Assembly: GCA_963770895.1 (NCBI GenBank)
Contig: CAVYRF010000001.1
Coordinates: 2,112,001 to 2,176,000, forward strand
DNA length: 64,000 nucleotides
Reading direction: 5' to 3'
Origin: an uncultured Acidobacteriota bacterium
Lineage (GTDB): Bacteria; Acidobacteriota; Thermoanaerobaculia; Multivoradales; UBA5704
The notes below the pieces were generated by a model. It ran no database searches, was not told the origin of the DNA, and saw only the letters and a list, made by a program, of their open reading frames with translations. Made by a program: the position numbers and the translations under genes. Below are positions 1-8,101 of the stretch, piece after piece (position 1 is the stretch's first letter; every line of letters starts with the position of its first letter).

Positions 1-1223
1 CAGCCGGTTGCGCCGACGCCGTCGTGCAGGATGCGCACCGTGCGCCGGCTCTCGAACTGGTTGAACTCGCCGCGCGGCTGGTTTTTGGGAACGATATGCA
101 GGCGCAGGTCGCGCGTCTCGCCGGGCTGCAGCAGGTCGGCGGCGGCGATGCCCGAGGTGCTCAACCAATCGCGTCCGGTGATGCGGTCCTGCGGCTGCTC
201 GCCGCCGCGCAGGATGTCGATCGCCAGCACCTTCACCGGGATCGCACCGGGATTTTCGATCGCGAACGACTGCTCGACTTGGGTGTCGGCGAGCTCCAGC
301 TCGAGCACCGGCTGGCGGCCGAGCACTTCCAGGGTCGGTCCGCGGCCCAGGCAGCCCTGCACCCGGGAGCGGAAGACCTTGGGTTCGCGGCTTTCGCGGC
401 TCGCGCCGGTGAACTCCACCAGCCCCGCGAACCAGGCCGGATTGGCAACCGCCGTGTCCGCCAGCCACAGCTTGAGATCCGCTTCCCATACCGCCCCGGC
501 AGGGATCTCGACCGCGTCGGCGAGCTGCGGGTGGAGTACCGCGCCCGCTGCCAGGCGCTGCTCGCCGGCGGTGCCTAGCAGCGGATCATCGATCACCTGC
601 ACCTCGGTCAAGTCGATCGTCTCCGCCGTTTCGTTGTGCAGCGCGATGCGATGCGGCAGGCCCTCGCCGCGCAGCCTTTCGGCCGGCAGGAAGCGGTAGA
701 ACGACGCTGCCGGCCAGGCCCACGGCGCCCGTGCCGCCAGCAGGGTGACGCGGAAGGGGCGCGCACTCCAGGTGCTGTCACGAAGCTCGATGAGATTGGT
801 CAGAAACGGCAGCGGCGCCTCGCGCACCGCGGCCTCCGCCTCTGCGGCATCCTGGGGGCCGAACAGACGATTGAGCGCCTCGACCCGCAGCGGGATGTCG
901 ATCGGCGTCTCGGTCGCGTCCCCCGGCGCGATGGCGTAGAGCTGTTCTACGAGCTTTTCGCGATCGATCCAATCCGGCAGTTGGGCGATATCCTCGCCGC
1001 GCAAGACCAGCGCCGCGGCGGCCACGCCGCGGTTGCGCAGCAGCAGTCGGGCGCTGACTGCGCCTTCGCGCACCGCAAGGTAGCCGTTCTTTTCGTGCCA
1101 GCGATCGTCGCTCGGCGCCCGCCACCAGAGCTGGGCGAGCACGGTGCCGCAGATCCCGCAGTAGTGATCGTAAGCGCTCACCGCGGAGTTGCAGGACGGA
1201 CAGCTCGACACGCTTGGTGGCAT
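1..1223 (-). CDS. Partial (runs off left edge) protein with N-terminal zinc ribbon and beta-rich Ig-like segments
   Basis: Not in the ORF track; read manually. ATG at 1223 gives MPPSVSSCPSCNSAVSAYDHYCGICGTVLA (C-x2-C-x10-C-x2-C) and stays open to base 1. Has repeated Ig-like motifs (LLLRNRGVA, IALHNETAE, FAIENPGAIPVKV). Starts 10 nt after the stop of the upstream gene. Confidence 0.75.
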   Translation of the reverse strand, partial: MPPSVSSCPSCNSAVSAYDHYCGICGTVLAQLWWRAPSDDRWHEKNGYLAVREGAVSARLLLRNRGVAAAALVLRGEDIAQLPDWIDREKLVEQLYAIAPGDATETPIDIPLRVEALNRLFGPQDAAEAEAAVREAPLPFLTNLIELRDSTWSARPFRVTLLAARAPWAWPAASFYRFLPAERLRGEGLPHRIALHNETAETIDLTEVQVIDDPLLGTAGEQRLAAGAVLHPQLADAVEIPAGAVWEADLKLWLADTAVANPAWFAGLVEFTGASRESREPKVFRSRVQGCLGRGPTLEVLGRQPVLELELADTQVEQSFAIENPGAIPVKVLAIDILRGGEQPQDRITGRDWLSTSGIAAADLLQPGETRDLRLHIVPKNQPRGEFNQFESRRTVRILHDGVGATG

Positions 1224-1233
1224 GGCAGGCGTC

Positions 1234-2787
1234 CTACTCCAGGTGTGGTTCGTAATCGACACGCAGGACGGCGCCGTGCCCGACGTCGAGGCCTTGGATG
1301 GCGTAGGTGCCGCCAGGTGCGATCTGGCGAAGATGCACCGGGTCGACCGCGACGTCGTCGATCGCTACCCACATGTGGCCCGGACGGTGCACCAGCGGCA
1401 AGCTGAACTGGTGCGGCGGCAGCAGCAGCAGCCGGGCCAGCAACTCCGCCGGCGCGGCGGCGGTGGGCGCCGCGGCGGCGCCCTGCGGGAACGGGACCGG
1501 CAGTTCGGGCGCCGGGTCGGCGGCTACCGGCGTTACCGTCAGCGGCGAGGGCGGGGCCGATGATGTCACCTCGCCGATGACGCTCTCGCGCGGCGGAACG
1601 GGAGGACCCTCTGCCGCGGGCGCGGCGATCTGCTCGCCGAACGCAGCAAGGCTCGCCGCCGGCGCCTCCGGGGTGACTTCGGCTCGTGCGGCGACGGCGG
1701 CCTCGTCGGCCGCGTCGACCGGCGGCGCCGTGGGCGGCGGCAGGGCCGCGCCCAGCTCGATGGCCTCTTCCAGGCTGGAGGGGTCGAGCTGTACCAGGGA
1801 GGCGCCGCGAAAGGTCAGCAAGCCGCGCAACTGGCTGACCGTCGGCCCCTCGAGCAGCACGGTGGGACGCTGCTCCCATGTGATGCCGGCCTGGGGCCTG
1901 CCGTCGAGGTCGGAGAGAAAGCCCTGCTCGGTCACCTTCCGCCACCAGACGCTGCGCGCCGGGGGCAGATCGATCTTGAAGCGCAAGCCGGTGAGCAGAT
2001 GGTAGCGGTGCGCCGCGGTCACGCTCGAGAAACGGAACAGCTCGCCGCCCGCCGCCTCCATCTCGACCGACGGTTCGCGCGCCGCCAGGGCCGCGATGAG
2101 CCGCCTTGCCACCACCTGCAGGGTGTACCAGGAGCTGGCAGCCTCCTCCTCCTGCCGGTAGCGCGCCGCGAGCTCGTCGCCCAGCTGCTGGCGCGCGGCG
2201 GCCAGCACTTCCCGCGCCGCCATGTGGGCGCGCGCGGCGTCGTCGCCGTTGGCGAAGATGAGCTGTCGGTCCGCTTCGAAGAGGCGCAGCCAGGAGCCGG
2301 ACGCGGCGACAAACCGCGTTTCGTGGTCAAACCTGCGGCGCAGCAGGTGCTCGATCGCCACCCAGTTCCACCCCTCGAGCGCCCAGACTTCGAGCAGCTG
2401 GCGCCCGGCGGGGAGGTGCAGCCAGTGCCAGGGGGTCACCAGCACTCCCGGGCCACCCAGGTCGCGCGTGGTGCGCGTCGCCTGCCCACCGGCCAGGCTG
2501 GTCCAGGAAGGGAGGGGTGCGCCTTGCGCCGCCTCGCGGCTCGCGGCGTGCTCGACTGCGATGCGCAGCGCTGGCGCAAACGGCGTCAGCGGATGAGACG
2601 CCACCGAGCTGTCGAGCTCTTCGGCCAGGCTCACCCAGTTTTCACCGAGGCCGTCCGCGCCGCCACCCTTGGGCAGTTGCACGCGGTCGGCGAATCTGCC
2701 GCGGCTCCACTGGCGGCCGAACAGCTCGGACGCGGTCGGCCGCCCCCAGGCCAGGTCGCCGCAGCCAAGCACTACGATCCGGCTCAT
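1234..2787 (-). CDS. Hypothetical protein (517 aa) with Pro/Ala linker before a small C-terminal domain
   Basis: Long ORF with protein-like composition, middle gene of a three-gene minus-strand run; no family recognised. Confidence 0.7.
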   Translation of the reverse strand: MSRIVVLGCGDLAWGRPTASELFGRQWSRGRFADRVQLPKGGGADGLGENWVSLAEELDSSVASHPLTPFAPALRIAVEHAASREAAQGAPLPSWTSLAGGQATRTTRDLGGPGVLVTPWHWLHLPAGRQLLEVWALEGWNWVAIEHLLRRRFDHETRFVAASGSWLRLFEADRQLIFANGDDAARAHMAAREVLAAARQQLGDELAARYRQEEEAASSWYTLQVVARRLIAALAAREPSVEMEAAGGELFRFSSVTAAHRYHLLTGLRFKIDLPPARSVWWRKVTEQGFLSDLDGRPQAGITWEQRPTVLLEGPTVSQLRGLLTFRGASLVQLDPSSLEEAIELGAALPPPTAPPVDAADEAAVAARAEVTPEAPAASLAAFGEQIAAPAAEGPPVPPRESVIGEVTSSAPPSPLTVTPVAADPAPELPVPFPQGAAAAPTAAAPAELLARLLLLPPHQFSLPLVHRPGHMWVAIDDVAVDPVHLRQIAPGGTYAIQGLDVGHGAVLRVDYEPHLE

Positions 2788-2830
2788 GAGCGAGCCTCAC
2801 CGGCGCGGCGGCGAGACGGCGGCCTGGCGC

Positions 2831-3424
2831 TCAACGCAGCGGCCTCGAGTGTGACCAGGCGGAAGCCGCCCCGCGCACCGCGACGCCCGCCGCGGCCAGC
2901 GCTTCGGCGAAGACCACCGGCAGCTCCCCATCCAGCAGCGCTTCGCGGGTCACGCCGCGTGATCGCAGGTCGTTGTGAATCACACGACGCAGCTCCTGCC
3001 ACTGCTCGCCGTCGAGAGCTTTGGTGCCGGCGAGGCGAGACGCAACCTCGCCGCGCAGCTGCGCCTCGGTGACCGCGCCGCTCGCGCTCAGCCACTCGCC
3101 GAGCAGAGTCTTCGCCCGTTCGCCCGGAGCCCGGCCGCCTCCCAGGAGGCGTGTCCCCTGCGCCACGAGCGCAGCGCTTTCGCCCTCGGTGAGGAAGCCG
3201 TCGCCCAGCGCCGCGGCAACGCGCCGCCCGAAGTCCTCCTCCATGAGCCGCTCGATCGCCACGCCGTGACGCGCACCTGCCAGCAGGATGCACCGCGTTG
3301 CGTCCTCGCCGGCAAGCCCGGCCTCGCCGGCGCGGCGCACCAGCTGCTCTTCTTCTTGTCGTGAGAGGATCGCCAGCCCGGAAAGACTTTGCTCGACATG
3401 CACAAAAAAATCATTGAAATTCAA
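2831..3424 (-). CDS. Hypothetical helical protein
   Basis: GAGGTG RBS followed by TTG at 3424 (MNFNDFFVHVEQSL...); amphipathic helical sequence; first gene of the operon. Confidence 0.65.
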   Translation of the reverse strand: MNFNDFFVHVEQSLSGLAILSRQEEEQLVRRAGEAGLAGEDATRCILLAGARHGVAIERLMEEDFGRRVAAALGDGFLTEGESAALVAQGTRLLGGGRAPGERAKTLLGEWLSASGAVTEAQLRGEVASRLAGTKALDGEQWQELRRVIHNDLRSRGVTREALLDGELPVVFAEALAAAGVAVRGAASAWSHSRPLR

Positions 3425-3659
3425 GGTACACCTCACCCCTTGAGACAACTGAAATTGAAGCAACAATACCGCGGCTCAACAGACTGCCGCGCTCAGGGCA
3501 AAGACACCGTCGCCGAAAAATTGTTACAGCCACGAGCCGCAAAACACGCAACGATTTGCAGGCGGCAATGGACATGCTACAGAAGTCTGTTTAAGATATC
3601 AAGCAGGACTCACTGCTTATTTTATATATTTGCACTTAGCGATGTATCGGAGGATGTCG
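3425..3659. promoter_or_regulatory. AT-rich divergent promoter region
   Basis: Locally AT-rich (e.g. cttattttatatatttgcac) non-coding stretch between divergent starts. Confidence 0.5.
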
Positions 3660-5189
3660 ATGGCTCGTGTCGGTATCTGCGTGAATGCCCCCGATTGTGA
3701 CAACGCGCTGGAACAGAAAAGGATCACGATCCCGCCGCTGGCCCCTTTCAAGTGTCCGCAGTGCCAGATGCCGCTCCGGCTCGCCCCCGACATCCCCGCG
3801 CCTCGCTGGCGTCGCGCCGGCCTCGTCGCCGTGCTCTTTGTTCTCTGCCTGGCCTGTCTCGCCGCTTCATGGTGGCTGCTCGACCGGCGGGTGCGCGGCA
3901 CAATCATTCTGCGTCTGCACGGCTCCAACACCATCGGCGAGAGACTGGCGCCGGCGTTGGCAGAGCGCTTCCTGGCGGCGCAAAATGCCACCGAGATTCA
4001 TACCTTCCCTGGCAAGGACAAGGAAGAGCAATATGTGCAGGGGACGCTGCCGCAGGCGGACCAACCCAGCCTCATCGAGATCAAGGCTCCGGGCTCCAAG
4101 GTTGCGTTCGAACACCTGCAAAAGGGACTGTGCGACATCGGCATGGCGTCGCGCCCCATCGATGCCAATGAAGCGACGATGCTGGCCGCTCTCGGCGACA
4201 TGACCTCGCCGGCCGCGGAGCATGTGATCGGCCTCGACGGGCTGGCGATCATCGTCAATCTCGGCAACCGCATCGACAGCTTGACCGTCGATCAGGTCGC
4301 CCGCATCTTCGCCGGCGAGGTCACGGATTGGAGCGAGGTGGGCGGCACGCCGGGCCGGCCCGTGGTCTATGCCCGCGACGAAAACTCCGGCACCTGCGAG
4401 ATGTTCAAGAAGATGGTGCTCGGCAAGCGCACTCTGGCGGCGGCGGCGAACCATCGCTACGCCGACAGCGAACGGCTTTCCGACGACGTGGCCGGCGACC
4501 CCAACGGCATCGGGTTCATCGGCATGCCGTTTATCCGCAGCAGTAAGGCGCTGATGGTCTCGGACGGCAGCGCGCATCCGCTCAAGCCCAACGCCCTCAC
4601 CGTGAAGACCGAGGACTACGTGCTTTCACGGCGGCTGTATCTGTACACGCCCGCTCTCAGCCGGCCCGGTGAGACGCCCAACCCCTACGTGAATCTGTTC
4701 ATCCTCTTTGCCTTGTCCGACGAAGGCCAGGCCATCGTCGAGGCGGCGCACTTCGTCGGCCAGGCGTTGTCGCCGACGTCGCAACCGCCGCCGGCATCAC
4801 CTTATCCCGGTATCTCCCTGCCGCCGGAATATGCAGCCGCCATCGCCCATGCCGAACGCCTGCCGCTCGATTTCCGTTTTCGCAGCGGCGTTCACGAGCT
4901 GGACACCAAAGCCTTGGTGGACATCGGCCGCCTTGTCCAGCTGATGACTGCGCCGCAATATCACGGCCGCGCGGTCCGTCTGCTGGGTTTCTCCGACTCG
5001 AGCGGCCAGGCCGGCGCCAACCTGTTGCTCTCTCGACAGCGCTGCCAGGCGGTCGCCGACCGGCTGCGCGGCGAAGGGCTCGACCCCTCGCTCATCAAGG
5101 GTTTCGGCGCCGAGCTGCCGGTCGCCACCAACGACACACCCGAAGGCAAGGCGCGCAATCGTCGCGTCGAGGTGTGGGTGCAGCAGTGA
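3660..5189 (+). CDS. PstS-like phosphate-binding / OmpA-C fusion protein with N-terminal Cys4 motif and TM helix
   Basis: GGAGG at 3649-3653 then ATG 3660. PstS-type motifs LHGSNTIG, DIGMASRP, ARDENSGT, YVLSRRLYLY. OmpA motifs LLGFSDSSG, NLLLSRQR, RNRRVEV. Confidence 0.88.
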   Translation: MARVGICVNAPDCDNALEQKRITIPPLAPFKCPQCQMPLRLAPDIPAPRWRRAGLVAVLFVLCLACLAASWWLLDRRVRGTIILRLHGSNTIGERLAPALAERFLAAQNATEIHTFPGKDKEEQYVQGTLPQADQPSLIEIKAPGSKVAFEHLQKGLCDIGMASRPIDANEATMLAALGDMTSPAAEHVIGLDGLAIIVNLGNRIDSLTVDQVARIFAGEVTDWSEVGGTPGRPVVYARDENSGTCEMFKKMVLGKRTLAAAANHRYADSERLSDDVAGDPNGIGFIGMPFIRSSKALMVSDGSAHPLKPNALTVKTEDYVLSRRLYLYTPALSRPGETPNPYVNLFILFALSDEGQAIVEAAHFVGQALSPTSQPPPASPYPGISLPPEYAAAIAHAERLPLDFRFRSGVHELDTKALVDIGRLVQLMTAPQYHGRAVRLLGFSDSSGQAGANLLLSRQRCQAVADRLRGEGLDPSLIKGFGAELPVATNDTPEGKARNRRVEVWVQQ

Positions 5190-5405
5190 GACGACCTGCC
5201 CGCTTTGATCGATCAGGCCGCAGGCTTGAACCGCCCGAGGGCTGCCGCTTTGTCTTAGGGTAGACTCTGCGTGCGCGCTGCCGCGCCGCAACGCGCCACA
5301 ATTGCACCACCCGCATCATCAACTGCCCGTGAGCCCGTGAGCCCACCGGGCGACGAGCTTGCGCGGCGGCATAGGGCCGCTCGCGCCGATCGCGGAGACC
5401 GCTTC

Positions 5406-5684
5406 ATGCACGATTCATCAGCCCGCCCGGTTCTTTCCCGCTGCCTCAGCCTCGCCGCCGCCCTCGCCCTCGCCGGGTGGGCGCTGCTGCTCCCCGCCAA
5501 GCCGGCCCACGCGTACGCGATGCCGCCGCGCTGCCCCATCGGCGACAGCAGCTCCACCATCTACTACAACAACGCCCAGCACCAGCAAGTGGTCGGCAAC
5601 ACCGCGGTCAACTGCAACCAGATCTCCACCCACTCCGGCGAAACCTCCGGCTTTTTTACCGTGACCTGCAGCCCCTGCTCCTGA
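5406..5684 (+). CDS. Small secreted Cys-containing protein (DUF6289-like)
   Basis: Signal peptide ending AHA; mature part with YYNNAQHQQVVG...NC...GETSGF...CSPC pattern; followed by a hairpin terminator. Confidence 0.7.
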   Translation: MHDSSARPVLSRCLSLAAALALAGWALLLPAKPAHAYAMPPRCPIGDSSSTIYYNNAQHQQVVGNTAVNCNQISTHSGETSGFFTVTCSPCS

Positions 5685-5712
5685 TCCCGTGACCGTTCCG
5701 TAGTCGAGCGCC

Positions 5713-5751
5713 AGAAGCGGCGCGGCGGCAGTCCGCCGCGCCGCTCTTCTC
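5713..5751. terminator. Intrinsic (probably bidirectional) terminator hairpin
   Basis: 13-bp stem agcggcgcggcgg/ccgccgcgccgct with cagt loop between convergent genes, pyrimidine tail cttctctc. Confidence 0.65.
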
Positions 5752-5846
5752 TCGCCAAGCGCACCCGCGCGCTGCCGAACCGGGCTGCGCCCCGCGGTCC
5801 CTTTGGAGAGGCCCTGGCGGCTGATTTCCGCCGGGCGATCCTGCTC

Positions 5847-6380
5847 TCAAGCAGCGCGGACGAAGAGCATCGGTGCGGTAGCGCCGGCCAGGATGCCGAT
5901 CGACATGGCGGCGAGGCCGGCGAGACCGGCAAACAGACAGCCGATCGCGCCAGCCAGGATCATGACGGTCGCTGCGGCGAGCCAGAAGCAGCTGTCGCCG
6001 CGAGCGCGCAGGCCGAGCCACGCCAGGAGGAGTCCAGCCGCTACGCTCGGTAGGAGACAGACGACCGACGGGCCAAGGCAAACGCGATCCGTGCAGGCAT
6101 GGACGGCACGGACCGCGGCCGGAAACAGGCACGGCGCCAAGCCAGCCAGGAAGCCGAGCCGGGCGCCGCGCGCCCACGCGCCGCCGCGCCACAGGCAAAA
6201 GGTGAGGAGGATGCCAAGCGCCGCGGCACAGGCCGCAGGCCCGCCGCGCTCCCGGCAGGCCGCCAGGGCCACGCCGGTGATGGCGACCGCCGTCAGGGCG
6301 CGCCGGACCGACCAGCCCAAGCGCCCGCGCTCGTAGGCCCGGCGCGCGCGTGCGGCGAGATCCGCTTCATCGACGATCAT
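5847..6380 (-). CDS. Multi-pass membrane protein, probable anti-sigma factor
   Basis: ATG 6380 (MIVDEADLAARARRAYERGRL...) overlaps the end of the sigma gene; about six hydrophobic helices and several Cys. Confidence 0.75.
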   Translation of the reverse strand: MIVDEADLAARARRAYERGRLGWSVRRALTAVAITGVALAACRERGGPAACAAALGILLTFCLWRGGAWARGARLGFLAGLAPCLFPAAVRAVHACTDRVCLGPSVVCLLPSVAAGLLLAWLGLRARGDSCFWLAAATVMILAGAIGCLFAGLAGLAAMSIGILAGATAPMLFVRAA

Positions 6381-6904
6381 GGTGCAGCCTCCAGGCGACG
6401 CGCAAGCGGGCCAGCGCGCGCTCCACGCGCTTGCGGAAAGTGGGAGCCGGAAGATCGGGGCGCTCGCCGCGAGCGTAGGCCAGCAGGGTCTCCGTATCGC
6501 CGGGAGGGAGGACCGAGATCGCGGCGGCGAGCGTCCGCTCCAGTTCGCTCGCCATTGCCACGTCCTCTGGCGATCGTCCGCAGTCGGGTCTGTCGCCGGA
6601 CTCGTCGGCGGGACTCTCCCGCCGCCGCTGGCGCCTCCGGCGGGCGCTGCGGATCTCGTAGGCGGCGATACCGAGCACCCAAGGCAGCGCGTCGCGTCGG
6701 CGGTCGAACTCGGCGGCGCGCGCGAAGATGCGCAGCAACGCCTCCTGCGCCGCATCTTCGGCATCCTCGTGCGGCAGGCAACGAGCGGCGAAGCCGCGCA
6801 GCAGCGGCCACAGACGGACGAAGACCGGATGGAACGCCTCGCGATCCCCGTCCGCCAGTTGGACGATCTGACGCTGCAGCGACTCCCGCTCGAATACGCT
6901 CCAT
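6367..6904 (-). CDS. ECF RNA polymerase sigma factor, apparently frameshifted just after its ATG
   Basis: Region 2 motifs LADGDREAF, DAEDAAQEALLRIF, PWVLGIA; region 4 remnant TFRKRVERALARLR. The ATG at 6904 is one base out of frame with this body. Confidence 0.8.
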
Positions 6905-6925
6905 CCGGTTCGGCCTGCTCGCGTG

Positions 6926-7099
6926 CTATCTCGGACAGTGGTCCGGCGGACAGGGCTTGGGACAAGGCTTCGGGCAGCAGCAGCTGGGCGCGCTGTCGGC
7001 CTTGACGCTGTTTCCAGCGTTGCCATCCCCAGCCCATGCAGCTCCCATAGGTGCCGCGAGCGTCACGGCGAGTGCCAGCCAGCTCAACTTGCGCATCAT
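6926..7099 (-). CDS. Small secreted Cys/Pro-rich peptide (57 aa)
   Basis: AAGGAG RBS, MMRKLSWLALAVTLAAPMGAAWA signal peptide, C-terminus SCCCPKPCPKPCPPDHCPR. Confidence 0.75.
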   Translation of the reverse strand: MMRKLSWLALAVTLAAPMGAAWAGDGNAGNSVKADSAPSCCCPKPCPKPCPPDHCPR

Positions 7100-7121
7100 C
7101 TCGATCTCCTTTGCAGGGCGT

Positions 7122-7619
7122 TCATTCGCCCCGTCTACGGAGATAGGCGCGTAACCGGCCCGGCGTGACACCGGCTGCCGGGAGCGGGCGGGGTCGGCGA
7201 AGACCGGGGCTTGATGCATCGACCTCCCGTTCTTCAATCTCGCTCCGCGCGGCGCGGTGGAGCGCGTCGGCAAGCAGAAACCGCCCGTAGCCCTTACCCT
7301 GTTGGCGGCGATCGACGGCAAGCCGGCCCAGCAGCGTCGCCGGGACCAATGGATATCGCGGGAGCTTGCGCACGGTCTGTGCCGGCAGCTCGGCGAGCTG
7401 TACCGATGTCGAGGAGAGCGTGTAGTATCCCCCGATCGCCCCATCCGGCAGCAGCAGGACAAAGAGTGCGGCCATGTTCTTCCGCGCGTCCTGGCCAGCC
7501 TGCGTCCGGAAATATCGATCGAGCGGTTCTACACCGCTCTCGAATTCCGACCGGTCATGGCTGGACGTCAGCGGTTCGACGCGAAGTTTCGCTTCTTTTT
7601 CTTCGGACACGCGCGTCAA
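7122..7619 (-). pseudogene. GNAT toxin (AtaT/TacT-like), C-terminally truncated
   Basis: HDRSEFESGVEPLDRYF, GYYTLSS, PATLLGRLAVDRRQQGKGYG match the family. Similarity stops after RSEI (~7236); the usual A..FY..GF tail is missing. Confidence 0.8.
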
Positions 7620-7836
7620 ACGCCGGTTCGCTCGCGATAGCGGCGCACCGTGTCGCGCAGACGGTCATTGACCGGCTGCGGTTTCAGCAGCGCGTTGACG
7701 AAAGCCTCGCTGTCGTGGACAGAGAGGGCGAGCTGGCTGTGTTCCTCGATCGCACGCCGCGCGGCGTCTTGCACGCTCGTCAGCACAAAGTCGGTCACGC
7801 TCCGTCCCTGCAGGGTGGCTGCCCGCTCGATCAGGC
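7616..7836 (-). pseudogene. DUF1778 antitoxin, 3' fragment
   Basis: LIERAATLQGRSVTDFVLTSVQDAARRAIEEHSQLALSVHDSEAFVNALLKPQPVNDRL; the N-terminal RHH strand is replaced by unrelated DNA. Confidence 0.85.
7753..7836 (+). repeat. 84-bp direct repeat, copy 1
   Basis: Matches 17071-17154 at 83/84 positions by manual alignment. Confidence 0.93.
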
Positions 7837-7895
7837 GCCCGGTGCTGTACTACGGGATCGAAGACGCCACCCGCGGACCGCTCGTCCCTCCCGGC
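7834..7895 (+). repeat. 62-bp copy of an internal piece of the BNR/VPS10 gene
   Basis: Matches 20728-20789 at 61/62 positions (RRPVLYYGIEDATRGPLVPPG appears in both ORF translations). Confidence 0.93.
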
Positions 7896-8101
7896 CGACG
7901 GCGTTCACGGCTGAGGTGATGCAACTGGTCACCTTTGTGCTAGGCTTCCCGGCGTCGCCTGCAATTTAGAGATTTTGACCCGCCGGCAGCGGCGGGCCTT
8001 GGGTTCGCAAGCCTGTGGCTGCGCCGAGGGCGTTGTCGCGCTTCCTGGCCGCCGGGGGCTTTCGTGCGCGAGCTTCACCACTTGAGGGAAAGCTGAACCC
8101 T

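Noticed and set aside
24-1406. Plus-strand ORFs at the left edge
   Set aside because: Antisense to the minus-strand zinc-ribbon ORF, which has the better motif and operon context.
3404-3410. A7 homopolymer near a gene start as a phase-variation tract
   Set aside because: Short, in frame, and consistent with AT-rich 5' codons; no evidence of variation.
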